Part shown: positions 25,128-33,460 of the stretch, one piece after another | Numbering within the stretch: the first letter of the stretch is position 1 | How the letters are laid out: each line of letters opens with the position of its first letter | Assembly: GCA_017470815.1 (NCBI GenBank) | Contig: JAFUXT010000030.1 | Coordinates: 24,561 to 88,560, forward strand | Reading direction: 5' to 3' | DNA length: 64,000 bases | Source: a bacterium | GTDB lineage: Bacteria > Cyanobacteriota > Vampirovibrionia > Gastranaerophilales > Gastranaerophilaceae | Made by a program: the position numbers and the translations under genes | The notes under the pieces: generated by a model | What the model saw: the letters and a program-made list of their open reading frames with translations, nothing else | Told to the model about the DNA's origin: nothing | Databases searched by the model: none

Positions 25128-27656
25128 TTATAACTCGTGCAGGTTTTCCGTTAAAAACTTTGTACGCTTAATATCGAACATAACCTCAGGCGCAATGACA
25201 CTCATAAGCGCATCTGCTCTCAAAGGAGGTATTGCCGTACTTTTACCTGCTTTTAATACTATAAACAGACTTCCGCTCTCAAATCTGTACTCTCCGATTG
25301 AATGCTTATAGTCTATTGTTTTGTCTAAACCTTTTTTAGTTTTTTTGTCAATAAAAATATTTTCAGACTCCAAAACTCTGAGAGTATTATACACGAATTG
25401 ACCAAAATCGTAAACACTTTCGTCAAAAATCTTAATCCGATATTCTGCCCAATAGACTTCTTCCTCAATAGCAGGCGCACTTGTATCAATTTGTTTTACC
25501 TCAATAATTTCAGAACCCTGCGGAAGAACTTTTTGAATTTCATTTCTTACATAATCAATATCGGCATTTTCCCATAAACAAATATCCACAAGTTCCGTTT
25601 CACTTTCGCAGAACAAAGGAAGCGCAACACCCATTGATATTTTCATTTTCGGATTATAGCCGTAGGAATAGGCAACTTTAAGATTTGCTCTCTGCATTGC
25701 TTTAAGAAAAGTATTTTGCCAATCAAGATGAGAAAAATATCTTAAAATTCCTGTTTTTGTAAGTTTTAACCTGTATCGGAAAACAGGTTTAATATCTTTT
25801 TGGTCTATATCTTCAATTTGTCTTTTAGGTGCAGATGCAAGCAGTTGAGCCTTATCAGATGCAACAAAATGTTCTGCAATAACTTTATGAGTATTGAAAT
25901 TCTTACATACTCCGCAATTTACACACTGCGTCTGACATGTCGGAACGACATGAGAAGAATTTTCATCAACCTCAAACGCCTTGTTATATTCGTTAATTAA
26001 CCAATCTTTATCTAAACCGACATTTATAAAATCCCAAGGCAGGGGTTTATTCAAATCATATTGTTTTTGTGCAAGTTCTTCAAGATTTAACCCACATTCC
26101 TGTGCAGTTTCATTCCACAGTTTCCAACTGAAATTTTCACCCCATGATGCAAGATAAGAGCCTTTTTTATAAAGCGCCTCAATAAATTTGCACAAAGATG
26201 CATCCCCTCTTGTTAAAACCGCTTCAAGTAAAGACAAATATTTGTCACTGTAATTTATTTTTACGCATTTAACTTTTTTAATACGCTCCATAAGATAATC
26301 AATATGCGCCTTGACTTCGTCTAAAGACATTTGCGGACACCACTGAAACGGAGTAAAAGGTTTCGGGACAAAAATTGACAGCGTACATGTCAGTTCAAGA
26401 GTATGATTTAACCCTTTTTCCTTTTTTATAAGTTTTGATTTATACCTCAAACCCGACAGAAGATTTGCCATTTCGTCCATATCTTCAATGGTTTCAGTCG
26501 GCAAACCGCAAATAAAATAAAGTTTTACACGACTCCAGCCATTCTCATACAAAGTCAAAACAGCATTTTCAATTTGCTCTTTTGTTATATTTTTTTTAAT
26601 TACATCCCGAAGCCTTTGGCTACCTGCCTCAGGTGCAAGCGTCATAGTCGATTTGCGAACGCTTTGAACAAGATTTGCGAGTTCAAGATTAAATCCGTCA
26701 ATTCTTTGACTCGGCAAAGTAACAGATACTTTTATCTCATTAAAATCAAGACTGAGTTCTTTTATAACTTCATTAATATTGGCATAATCGTTCGATGACA
26801 GCGACAGCAGAGAATATTCCTCATATCCCGTATTTTTTACAAGTTCCTTTGAAATATTTATAATATCCTGCGCACTGCGTTCTCTGACAGGTAAAGTTAC
26901 ATGCCCCGGCTGACAAAAACGACACATCCTTCCGCAGCCTCTACGTATTTCAATTACTGCCCTATCCTGAATTGATGATGAAAACGGAATAGGGTATGAT
27001 GTTAACGCAGTATCAAGTTTTAACTGCGCAATTCGCTTGTCAACTTGTCCGCCAACCAACTTTGACCAACGCCCGTTGGCGGGGTTTTCGCATAATTTTT
27101 TAATCCGTTCTTTTCTTGGCAGGCCTTTTGTTTCCTCTAGAATTTTGCAGATTTCTATAATTGTATCTTCACCATCACCTATCGTAAATACATCAATAAA
27201 ATCAGACATTGGCAAAGGATTAAATGTACAAGGACCTCCTGCAATAATTATCGGATCATCATCAGTCCTATCTTCATTTCTGTAAGGAATACCTGCCATT
27301 TCAAGCATTTTTAAAACAGTCGGATAAGCCATTTCATACTGCAAAGAAAACCCAACAGCATCAAAATCTTTTAATGACCTTTTTGATTCAAGCGCATACA
27401 AAGGCTCAGGAACAAAATCTTTTTCAGGAGCATAAACTCTGTCACACATATAGTCAGGCTCTTTATTTATAAGTTCATAAAGAACTCTGACACCTAAATT
27501 TGAAATGCCTATTTCATATTTATCCGGAAAAGCCATTGCAACACGAACTTTTGCAGTGTCAAAATCTTTGTTATGCGACAAAAACTCGCCCCCTACATAC
27601 TGGTAAGGCTTAAAACATTTATACAAACTCTCATTATATTTCGTAAAAAAACACAT
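25128..27656 (-). CDS. B12-binding-domain radical SAM protein fused to a DUF2344-like C-terminal domain (TIGR03960 + TIGR03936-like, from memory)
   Basis: CxxxCxxC in RRGCGRMCRFCQPG. N-terminal B12-binding-like fold. C-terminal FRYRLKLTKTGILRYFSHLD block. 842 aa, directly upstream of RNase E/G. Confidence 0.8.
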   Translation of the reverse strand: MCFFTKYNESLYKCFKPYQYVGGEFLSHNKDFDTAKVRVAMAFPDKYEIGISNLGVRVLYELINKEPDYMCDRVYAPEKDFVPEPLYALESKRSLKDFDAVGFSLQYEMAYPTVLKMLEMAGIPYRNEDRTDDDPIIIAGGPCTFNPLPMSDFIDVFTIGDGEDTIIEICKILEETKGLPRKERIKKLCENPANGRWSKLVGGQVDKRIAQLKLDTALTSYPIPFSSSIQDRAVIEIRRGCGRMCRFCQPGHVTLPVRERSAQDIINISKELVKNTGYEEYSLLSLSSNDYANINEVIKELSLDFNEIKVSVTLPSQRIDGFNLELANLVQSVRKSTMTLAPEAGSQRLRDVIKKNITKEQIENAVLTLYENGWSRVKLYFICGLPTETIEDMDEMANLLSGLRYKSKLIKKEKGLNHTLELTCTLSIFVPKPFTPFQWCPQMSLDEVKAHIDYLMERIKKVKCVKINYSDKYLSLLEAVLTRGDASLCKFIEALYKKGSYLASWGENFSWKLWNETAQECGLNLEELAQKQYDLNKPLPWDFINVGLDKDWLINEYNKAFEVDENSSHVVPTCQTQCVNCGVCKNFNTHKVIAEHFVASDKAQLLASAPKRQIEDIDQKDIKPVFRYRLKLTKTGILRYFSHLDWQNTFLKAMQRANLKVAYSYGYNPKMKISMGVALPLFCESETELVDICLWENADIDYVRNEIQKVLPQGSEIIEVKQIDTSAPAIEEEVYWAEYRIKIFDESVYDFGQFVYNTLRVLESENIFIDKKTKKGLDKTIDYKHSIGEYRFESGSLFIVLKAGKSTAIPPLRADALMSVIAPEVMFDIKRTKFLTENLHEL

Positions 27657-27672
27657 TTAAAACTTTCTGTGG

Positions 27673-27742
27673 GAGATTCTTCGGCATTCGTCATTCTGAG
27701 CCTTTAGGCGAAGAATCTCATAATAAAACGCCTCAGAATGAC
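27673..27742. repeat. Interleaved-inverted-repeat element, copy 1 (order A-B-A'-B')
   Basis: A GAGATTCTTCG 27673-27683, B GTCATTCTGAG 27690-27700, A' CGAAGAATCTC 27709-27719, B' CTCAGAATGAC 27732-27742. Both pairs are perfect 11-mers. Confidence 0.8.
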
Positions 27743-27743
27743 A

Positions 27744-28091
27744 TTAAACTATCTCATTCGGAAAATATTTGTTTATCTCAATAATAGTCCCGTCTAAAGT
27801 ATTTTCCTCAAAAGATTTCATAAATTTGAACAAATCTTCATTCGGCACATCATAAGAATAAAGTACAATTTCGCCATCAACTTCTCGCATTACAGTCACC
27901 ATATAATGACAAGCGCAAGCATATTTTAACAGATAATCTTTGCGGAATTTTTTGCCGTTAGAGTCCTTTTTGACTTTGACATAACCAAATCCGGCATAAT
28001 ATTTTATCCGCTTTTGGTCTTTTTCAGGCAATTTGTTCCTGCTATGGTTTGAAAATAAATTTATAACCTTTTTATTAATTTCTTCAGACAC
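27744..28091 (-). CDS. Hypothetical protein, 115 aa
   Basis: GTG start with a strong SD (GGAGGG 6 nt upstream). No family recognised. Confidence 0.5.
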   Translation of the reverse strand: MSEEINKKVINLFSNHSRNKLPEKDQKRIKYYAGFGYVKVKKDSNGKKFRKDYLLKYACACHYMVTVMREVDGEIVLYSYDVPNEDLFKFMKSFEENTLDGTIIEINKYFPNEIV

Positions 28092-28136
28092 AAATATCCC
28101 TCCAAAATATATTAAACAATATATTTAAATTAAAGT

Positions 28137-28439
28137 CTATTTGTTAAGATTTTTCATAAACTTCTGAACTTTTAATGCAGTTTCACGCCTGATATCATCC
28201 GGACAAAGCCTTAAATACTCAATGGCATGAGAAACTTTGATATTTTTATCATACCAACGACGCAGAATGTAATTGTACTGATCTTCAAGACTCATATTTG
28301 GAAGTTCAACATCTTTTAACAAGTCGTCAATGATATATTCTGCGCATCTGACCTGATATTCTTCAGGCATCTTTTCCATATCATTGATTGTTTTACTGAC
28401 TACCGCATCAGCATCATACCAGCGTTTGAACATGTTCAT
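28137..28439 (-). CDS. Hypothetical protein, 100 aa, with an internal two-fold RWYD repeat
   Basis: ATG with SD GAGGA. KRWYDADAVVSKTINDMEKMPEE and RRWYDKNIKVSHAIEYLRLCPDD are recognisably duplicated halves. Confidence 0.5.
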   Translation of the reverse strand: MNMFKRWYDADAVVSKTINDMEKMPEEYQVRCAEYIIDDLLKDVELPNMSLEDQYNYILRRWYDKNIKVSHAIEYLRLCPDDIRRETALKVQKFMKNLNK

Positions 28440-28462
28440 TATTTGTTCCTCGTGTTTTTGAT

Positions 28463-28529
28463 GAGATTCTTCGCTCCTGTCATTCAGAGGCTTTAGCCGA
28501 AGAATCTTATATACACCGCTCAGAATGAC
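28463..28529. repeat. Interleaved-inverted-repeat element, copy 2 (order A-B-A'-B')
   Basis: A GAGATTCTTCG 28463-28473, B GTCATTCAGAG 28479-28489, A' CGAAGAATCT 28498-28507, B' CTCAGAATGAC 28519-28529. There is one substitution in B. Confidence 0.75.
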
Positions 28530-28641
28530 GAAATGGAATATATTGTTAAGTTTATTTAACCAAATTTTTCAAAAAAAGTAAATTATTTTACGAAAAAATA
28601 CTTTATATAAATGTAAAGGTTATAAGTAGGTTATAAATTTT

Positions 28642-29106
28642 ATGGACAATAGTATTATATACGGATTAAGAAATCCTGCAATGACGGAAGATATCGGAAT
28701 GTCAATGATAGAAAGACAATATCCGACAAATATTACACCGTTAGGTTATACTCCGGCTAATATTACAAATAAATCCGCATATTTTGAACAGCCTTATGCT
28801 GATACATTCCAAACAAAACGCGAAAAAGAATATTCTACAATCAAAAAAGTGCTTGTCGGTTTAGGTGTTGTTGCCCTTGGAATTTTAGGAATAAGAAAAG
28901 GTACAAAAGGAATTAAAAATGCATACAATTACGTCAAAAATTTGTTTAAAGGCGGAAAGACCACACCTGTTACACCAACACCGGGCACAGGTTCGGTAAA
29001 AAATGTTTTTACCAAATGCAAAAATAAGGTAGTTAATGTGTTCAACAAAGGTAAAAACGGTATTACAAGTTTATTTAATAAAATTAAAACAAAAATTTCC
29101 CCGTAA
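28642..29106 (+). CDS. Hypothetical single-TM protein with a K/G/T-rich C-terminal tail
   Basis: 154-aa ORF. TM VLVGLGVVALGILGI followed by RKGTKGIKNAYNYVKNLF. A terminator follows. Confidence 0.5.
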   Translation: MDNSIIYGLRNPAMTEDIGMSMIERQYPTNITPLGYTPANITNKSAYFEQPYADTFQTKREKEYSTIKKVLVGLGVVALGILGIRKGTKGIKNAYNYVKNLFKGGKTTPVTPTPGTGSVKNVFTKCKNKVVNVFNKGKNGITSLFNKIKTKISP

Positions 29107-29132
29107 TAGAAAATAGTTAGTGTGATTTATGT

Positions 29133-29167
29133 AGGTAGGATTTTATAAAATTCTACCTTTCTTTTTG
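29133..29167 (+). terminator. Rho-independent terminator
   Basis: AGGTAGGATTTT-AT-AAAATTCTACCT 12-bp stem (one G-U pair) followed by TTCTTTTTG. Confidence 0.6.
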
Positions 29168-29186
29168 TTTATGATAAAATAAAATC

Positions 29187-29254
29187 GTCATTCTGAGCGA
29201 ATGTTATGAGATTCTTCGGGCGATGCCCTCAGAATGACACAAGCGAAGAATCTC
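29187..29254. repeat. Interleaved-inverted-repeat element, copy 3 (inverted orientation, order B-A-B'-A')
   Basis: B 29187-29197, A 29208-29218, B' 29228-29238, A' 29244-29254. All four arms are perfect 11-mers. Ends 23 nt before the yajQ ATG. Confidence 0.8.
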
Positions 29255-29277
29255 CTTTAAAATAAGAGGGTAATATT

Positions 29278-29778
29278 ATGGCTAAAGATTGCAGTTTTGA
29301 TATTGTATCAGAGTACGACAAACAGGAAGTTGTTAATGCGGTAGAGCAGGTAAAAAAAGAACTTGCTTCACGTTTTGATTTTAAAAACTCAAAATCAACA
29401 GTTGAACTCGAAGAAGGAAAAGCAATTACAATCACAACCGAAGACGAGATGAAACTGCGCAACATCAATGACATCTTGCAGTCAAAATTTTCTAAAAGAA
29501 ATCTGAGCCTCAAAATATTAGACCCGCAAAAAGTTGAAAATGCCTTAGGCGGTAATGTTCGTCAGGTAGTAAATCTTAAAAAAGGTTTAACTCAAGAACT
29601 TGCAAAAAAGATTACAAATGATATTAAAAACACAAAACTAAAAGTTCAGGCATCTATTCAGGGCGAACAAATCAGAGTTTCAGGCAAAAGCAGAGATGAT
29701 TTGCAGGCAGTAATTCAGGTTATCAGACAGAACGAAGATAACTACAATACACCTTTGCAATTCACTAATTACAGATAA
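29278..29778 (+). CDS. yajQ: YajQ-family nucleotide-binding protein (UPF0234)
   Basis: SFDIVSEYDKQEVVNAVEQVKKELASRFDFK and the C-terminal LQFTNYR are typical of YajQ. 166 aa. Confidence 0.85.
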   Translation: MAKDCSFDIVSEYDKQEVVNAVEQVKKELASRFDFKNSKSTVELEEGKAITITTEDEMKLRNINDILQSKFSKRNLSLKILDPQKVENALGGNVRQVVNLKKGLTQELAKKITNDIKNTKLKVQASIQGEQIRVSGKSRDDLQAVIQVIRQNEDNYNTPLQFTNYR

Positions 29779-29796
29779 ACAGTAAAGGAAACATCA

Positions 29797-31023
29797 ATGA
29801 CAACAGAAATCAGACAAGAATTTATAGATCAAGCAATGTATATAGCAAGAAATGCAGAAGTATTACCGGGCGGAGTTGAAGAACTTGCAGCAAAATTGCA
29901 ACACGCAAGCGATACTAATACTCCTTTGCGAGTAAAACTCGGTATGGACCCGACAAGACCGGATTTGCATTTAGGACATACGGTCGTAATGAGGAAATTG
30001 AAAGAATTTCAGGCTTTAGGGCATAAAATTGTGCTTTTGGTTGGCGGCGCAACCGCTATGATAGGCGACCCGTCAGGCAAATCCGAAACAAGACCTGCGC
30101 TTACAAAAGAACAGGTTGAAGAAAACGCAAAAACATACTTTGAGCAAATGGCTAAAGTTCTTGATGTTTCAAAGGCGGAAGTCGTTAATAACGCAGATTG
30201 GTTACATCCGATGAAGTTTACCGAACTTCTTGCACTTGCAGGAAAAGTAACCGTTGCACAAATGATGACAAGAGATGATTTTGCAAAACGCTATGCCGAA
30301 GGTAAACCTATTTCTATTGTTGAATTTTATTATCCTTTGATGCAGGCTTATGATTCGGTTGCGATTGATGCGGATATCGAATTGGGCGGGACAGACCAGA
30401 GATTTAATACTTTGTTAGGCCGTGATATTCAGAGTGCTTACGGCAAAAAATACCCTCAACTTGTTGTACTTTTACCGCTTTTGGAAGGTACTGACGGGGT
30501 TGTTAAGATGTCAAAAACTTACCCGGAACACTGCATATCCCTAACCGACAGCGCAAAGGATATGTTTGGCAAGTTGATGAGTATTCCTGACAATATGATT
30601 ACAAGATATTTCAGTTTATTGACAAATACTTCAAAAGAAGATTTGGAACGCTATGACAGAGAAATTTCTGATGGTTCAATCAACCCTCGTAATTTGAAAA
30701 TGCAACTTGCTCATACAATTACAGAAGAATATCATGGCAAAGACGGCGCAGACAAAGCGCAGGAAGATTTTATCAATGTTGTTTCAAATAAAGGTATTCC
30801 TGATGATATAGCGCAAGTAAAAGTTGAAAACGGCAAAGGGATTTTAGACTTAATTGTCGAACTCGGTTTTACATCAAGTAAAGGTGAAGCAAAGCGTTTA
30901 ATTGCGGGCGGCGGAGTAAAAATTGACGGAGAAAAAATTGCCGATATGACCTATATCGTTGAATTTGATGAAAGTGTAGTATTACAGGCAGGAAAGCGCA
31001 AATTTGCAAAACTGGTGCACTAA
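29797..31023 (+). CDS. tyrS: Tyrosine--tRNA ligase (type 2, with C-terminal S4 domain)
   Basis: HIGH-type PDLHLGHTV and KMSKS-type [16 protein letters not shown]-terminal S4-like [16 protein letters not shown]. Confidence 0.92.
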   Translation: MTTEIRQEFIDQAMYIARNAEVLPGGVEELAAKLQHASDTNTPLRVKLGMDPTRPDLHLGHTVVMRKLKEFQALGHKIVLLVGGATAMIGDPSGKSETRPALTKEQVEENAKTYFEQMAKVLDVSKAEVVNNADWLHPMKFTELLALAGKVTVAQMMTRDDFAKRYAEGKPISIVEFYYPLMQAYDSVAIDADIELGGTDQRFNTLLGRDIQSAYGKKYPQLVVLLPLLEGTDGVVKMSKTYPEHCISLTDSAKDMFGKLMSIPDNMITRYFSLLTNTSKEDLERYDREISDGSINPRNLKMQLAHTITEEYHGKDGADKAQEDFINVVSNKGIPDDIAQVKVENGKGILDLIVELGFTSSKGEAKRLIAGGGVKIDGEKIADMTYIVEFDESVVLQAGKRKFAKLVH

Positions 31024-31667
31024 TGTTTGAAACAATAAAACGAGGCTTCTCAAAAGTTAAAGAGGATATACAGGTAATTTATGATAACGACCCTGCGGCA
31101 AGGAATTTGGCGGAAGTAATACTTTGTTATCCGGGATTACACGCAATTATTGCATACAGACTTGCGCATAAATTCCACAAATGGGGATTAAAATTACTCG
31201 CCCGAATGATTTCGTATTTAACAAGAATTATAACAGGAATAGAAATTCACCCGGCAGCGCAAATCGGCAGAAGATTTTTTATCGACCACGGGGAAGGAGT
31301 TGTAATCGGAGAAACGACAATTATCGGCGATGATGTTTTGCTTTACCAGCAGGTTACTCTTGGCGGAACAGGAAACGACAGCGGTAAACGCCACCCAACA
31401 ATAGGAAATCATGTTATTATCGGGGCGGGAGCAAAGGTTTTAGGTGATATTATTATTGCCGATCATGTACGAATAGGTGCAGGTTCAGTTGTTATAAGTG
31501 ATGTTCCGTCACATTCAACGGTAGTCGGAGTTCCTGGGAGAATTGTCCAGAGAGCAACAGTTGACGAGGACGGAAATCTTATGCATAACAAAATTCCTGA
31601 CCCTGTCAAAACAGAAATTGATAATTTGAGAGCGGAAATAGAGAATCTAAAACAAAATAATATGTAA
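31023..31667 (+). CDS. cysE: Serine O-acetyltransferase
   Basis: [31 protein letters not shown] and [30 protein letters not shown] hexapeptide repeats. The ATG overlaps the tyrS stop. Confidence 0.88.
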   Translation: MFETIKRGFSKVKEDIQVIYDNDPAARNLAEVILCYPGLHAIIAYRLAHKFHKWGLKLLARMISYLTRIITGIEIHPAAQIGRRFFIDHGEGVVIGETTIIGDDVLLYQQVTLGGTGNDSGKRHPTIGNHVIIGAGAKVLGDIIIADHVRIGAGSVVISDVPSHSTVVGVPGRIVQRATVDEDGNLMHNKIPDPVKTEIDNLRAEIENLKQNNM

Positions 31668-31696
31668 GTTTGACATTTATCTAATAGACAAGAACA

Positions 31697-31769
31697 TACC
31701 CTCTCCCGAATTTGTAAATTCACCTTTGGCTCATTAACAAATTCTACCCTTTCCCAAAGGTAGAGGGGC
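31697..31769. repeat. Composite palindromic element with CCCTCT...AGAGGG outer arms
   Basis: CCCTCT 31699-31704 pairs with AGAGGG 31762-31767. Inner 8-bp pair GAATTTGT / ACAAATTC. ACCTTT / AAAGGT. Intergenic, after cysE. Confidence 0.35.
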
Positions 31770-31798
31770 ATAGATAAAAGGCAAAGATAAATATTTAA

Positions 31799-31820
31799 AA
31801 GGTGCGTTAATACGCACCTT
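31799..31820 (+). terminator. Hairpin after cysE (possible terminator, no U-tract on the plus strand)
   Basis: AAGGTGCG-TTAATA-CGCACCTT 8-bp stem. Confidence 0.3.
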
Positions 31821-31850
31821 CAATATTGCCTGTTAAAATTATCTAAAACT

Positions 31851-31924
31851 GTCATGCTGAACTTGTTTCAGCATCTCATCCCAAGGGCGTTAAGCGTGAG
31901 ATTCCGAAACGATTTCGGAATAAC
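31851..31924. repeat. Variant of the GTCAT.CTGA / GAGATTC element in which each arm forms its own local hairpin
   Basis: GTCATGCTGAA-CTTG-TTTCAGCATCTC at 31851-31877. GAGATTCCGAAACGATTTCGGAATAAC at 31898-31924. Confidence 0.5.
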
Positions 31925-32030
31925 AATACTATTTATACATAGCATTATTAAGTATTTTTAACATTTTAAAATATGTTTGTGATAGAATAAACATGATTAA
32001 TATACATTTATTACAAGAGAGAAGGATTTT

Positions 32031-33362
32031 ATGGAATTTATACACACGCACGGAATGTTAATATCAGGTTTAATTCTGTTAGTGGCATATATTTTTATCG
32101 CAAGCGAAAAGATACAAAAATCTGTCGTTGCACTTGCCGGTGCAGCATTGACTATGTTACTCGGGCTCATTCCGTTTGAAACACATTTTGATAAAACAAC
32201 AAATACTTTAATAAAGGGTGTATTTCAGCATGTTGATTTTCAGGTAATCTTTTTGCTTATCGGCATGATGATTATTGTTCATATCTCAAGCAGAAGCGGT
32301 GTATTCAAATGGCTTGCGTTAGAACTTTTGCATTTAACAAAAGGACATCCGAAAACGGTTTTATTCTCTCTTGCGGCATTTACCGCTATTGCTTCGGCAT
32401 TTTTGGATAATGTTACAACCGTTGTTCTTATGATGCCTATTACATTTGTAATTGCAAAAGAATTTGATACCGACCCTGTACCGTTTTTGATAACGGAAGT
32501 TTTGGCATCAAATATCGGAGGAACGGCTACTCTTATCGGTGACCCTCCAAATATTATTATCGGTACAAGAGCAGGGCTGAGTTTTATGGATTTTGTCCTG
32601 GAACTTACACCTGTCGTAACAACAATATTTTTAGTTGCAATTGCGGTTTTAATTTTCTTATTCAGAAAAGGTTTAAAAGCAACACCTGAAACAATGCAAA
32701 GAATTGCAACCATTGATAACACAAAAACAATAACAGATAAAAGTCTTATGATACGCTCGGTTGCGACGATATTACTTGTAATTTTAGGGTTTGTAACCCA
32801 CGATATAACACACATTCCGGCATTTGTTTTTGCAGTGTCAGGGGCGGCATTTTTGCTTTTGTTTGAAAAACCGAAAGAAATTTACCGTGATGTTGAATGG
32901 CTTACAATCTTTTTCTTTGTCGGTTTATTCATAATTATCGGCGGATTTGAAGCAAACGGCGGTATAAAATTCCTTGCGGACGGTTTAATTACTCTTACTC
33001 ATGGCAGTTTGGATGCCGCAACATTTGTAATTTTGTGGGCTTCAGGTATTTTATCTGGTATTATTGATAATATTCCTTATACTGCAACAATGGCACCATT
33101 AATTTCGGAACTTATTAACCCTGCAAATCCGCATGCCATAACAGGACACACTCACGCACTATGGTGGGCATTATCTTTAGGTGCTTGTCTTGGCGGGAAC
33201 CTCACAATCATCGGGGCGGCTGCAAATGTATTGGTTAGTGAAACCGCAGCATCAAAAGGACATAAAATTTCATTTATGAGATTTATGAAATACGGAGCTT
33301 TAGTAACATTTATTTCACTAACATTGAGTTCCGTATATTTATATTTCAGATTTTTGCACTAA
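32031..33362 (+). CDS. ArsB/NhaD-superfamily (citrate-transporter-like) permease
   Basis: 443 aa with about 10-12 TM helices. FLDNVTTVVLMMP and NIGGTATLIGDPPNIIIG blocks as in ArsB/NhaD-type anion permeases. Confidence 0.7.
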   Translation: MEFIHTHGMLISGLILLVAYIFIASEKIQKSVVALAGAALTMLLGLIPFETHFDKTTNTLIKGVFQHVDFQVIFLLIGMMIIVHISSRSGVFKWLALELLHLTKGHPKTVLFSLAAFTAIASAFLDNVTTVVLMMPITFVIAKEFDTDPVPFLITEVLASNIGGTATLIGDPPNIIIGTRAGLSFMDFVLELTPVVTTIFLVAIAVLIFLFRKGLKATPETMQRIATIDNTKTITDKSLMIRSVATILLVILGFVTHDITHIPAFVFAVSGAAFLLLFEKPKEIYRDVEWLTIFFFVGLFIIIGGFEANGGIKFLADGLITLTHGSLDAATFVILWASGILSGIIDNIPYTATMAPLISELINPANPHAITGHTHALWWALSLGACLGGNLTIIGAAANVLVSETAASKGHKISFMRFMKYGALVTFISLTLSSVYLYFRFLH

Positions 33363-33385
33363 AAAAGTGTTACATAAAATCGTAA

Positions 33386-33414
33386 GTTGGGGTTTCTACC
33401 CCAACATTTATTTT
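33386..33414 (+). terminator. Rho-independent terminator of the permease gene, part of a nested bidirectional hairpin region (33382-33436)
   Basis: GTTGGGG-TTTCTA-CCCCAAC followed by ATTTATTTT. The longer arms GTAAGTTGGG (33382-33391) and CCCAACTTAC (33427-33436) offer an alternative fold for the convergent gatD transcript. Confidence 0.55.
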
Positions 33415-33460
33415 GTGGGCTAAAAGCCCAACTTACTTATTAATTTGAAATCAGTTGGTT

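Noticed and set aside
29229-29513. 94-aa minus-strand ORF.
   Set aside because: It lies antisense to the well-supported yajQ gene and starts inside repeat copy 3. The peptide is Ser/Leu-rich, typical of antisense frames.
31463-31771. 102-aa minus-strand ORF spanning the cysE 3' end and the palindromic element.
   Set aside because: It lies antisense to cysE and runs through an intergenic repeat (PLYLWERVEF comes from the CCCTCT/AGAGGG arms). There is no RBS.
32279-32815. 178-aa minus-strand ORF inside the permease gene. The 168-aa ORF at 50970-51476 inside the giant gene is a similar case.
   Set aside because: Both are fully antisense to long, motif-supported or very long ORFs. They are probably shadow ORFs, and I recognise no independent signals.
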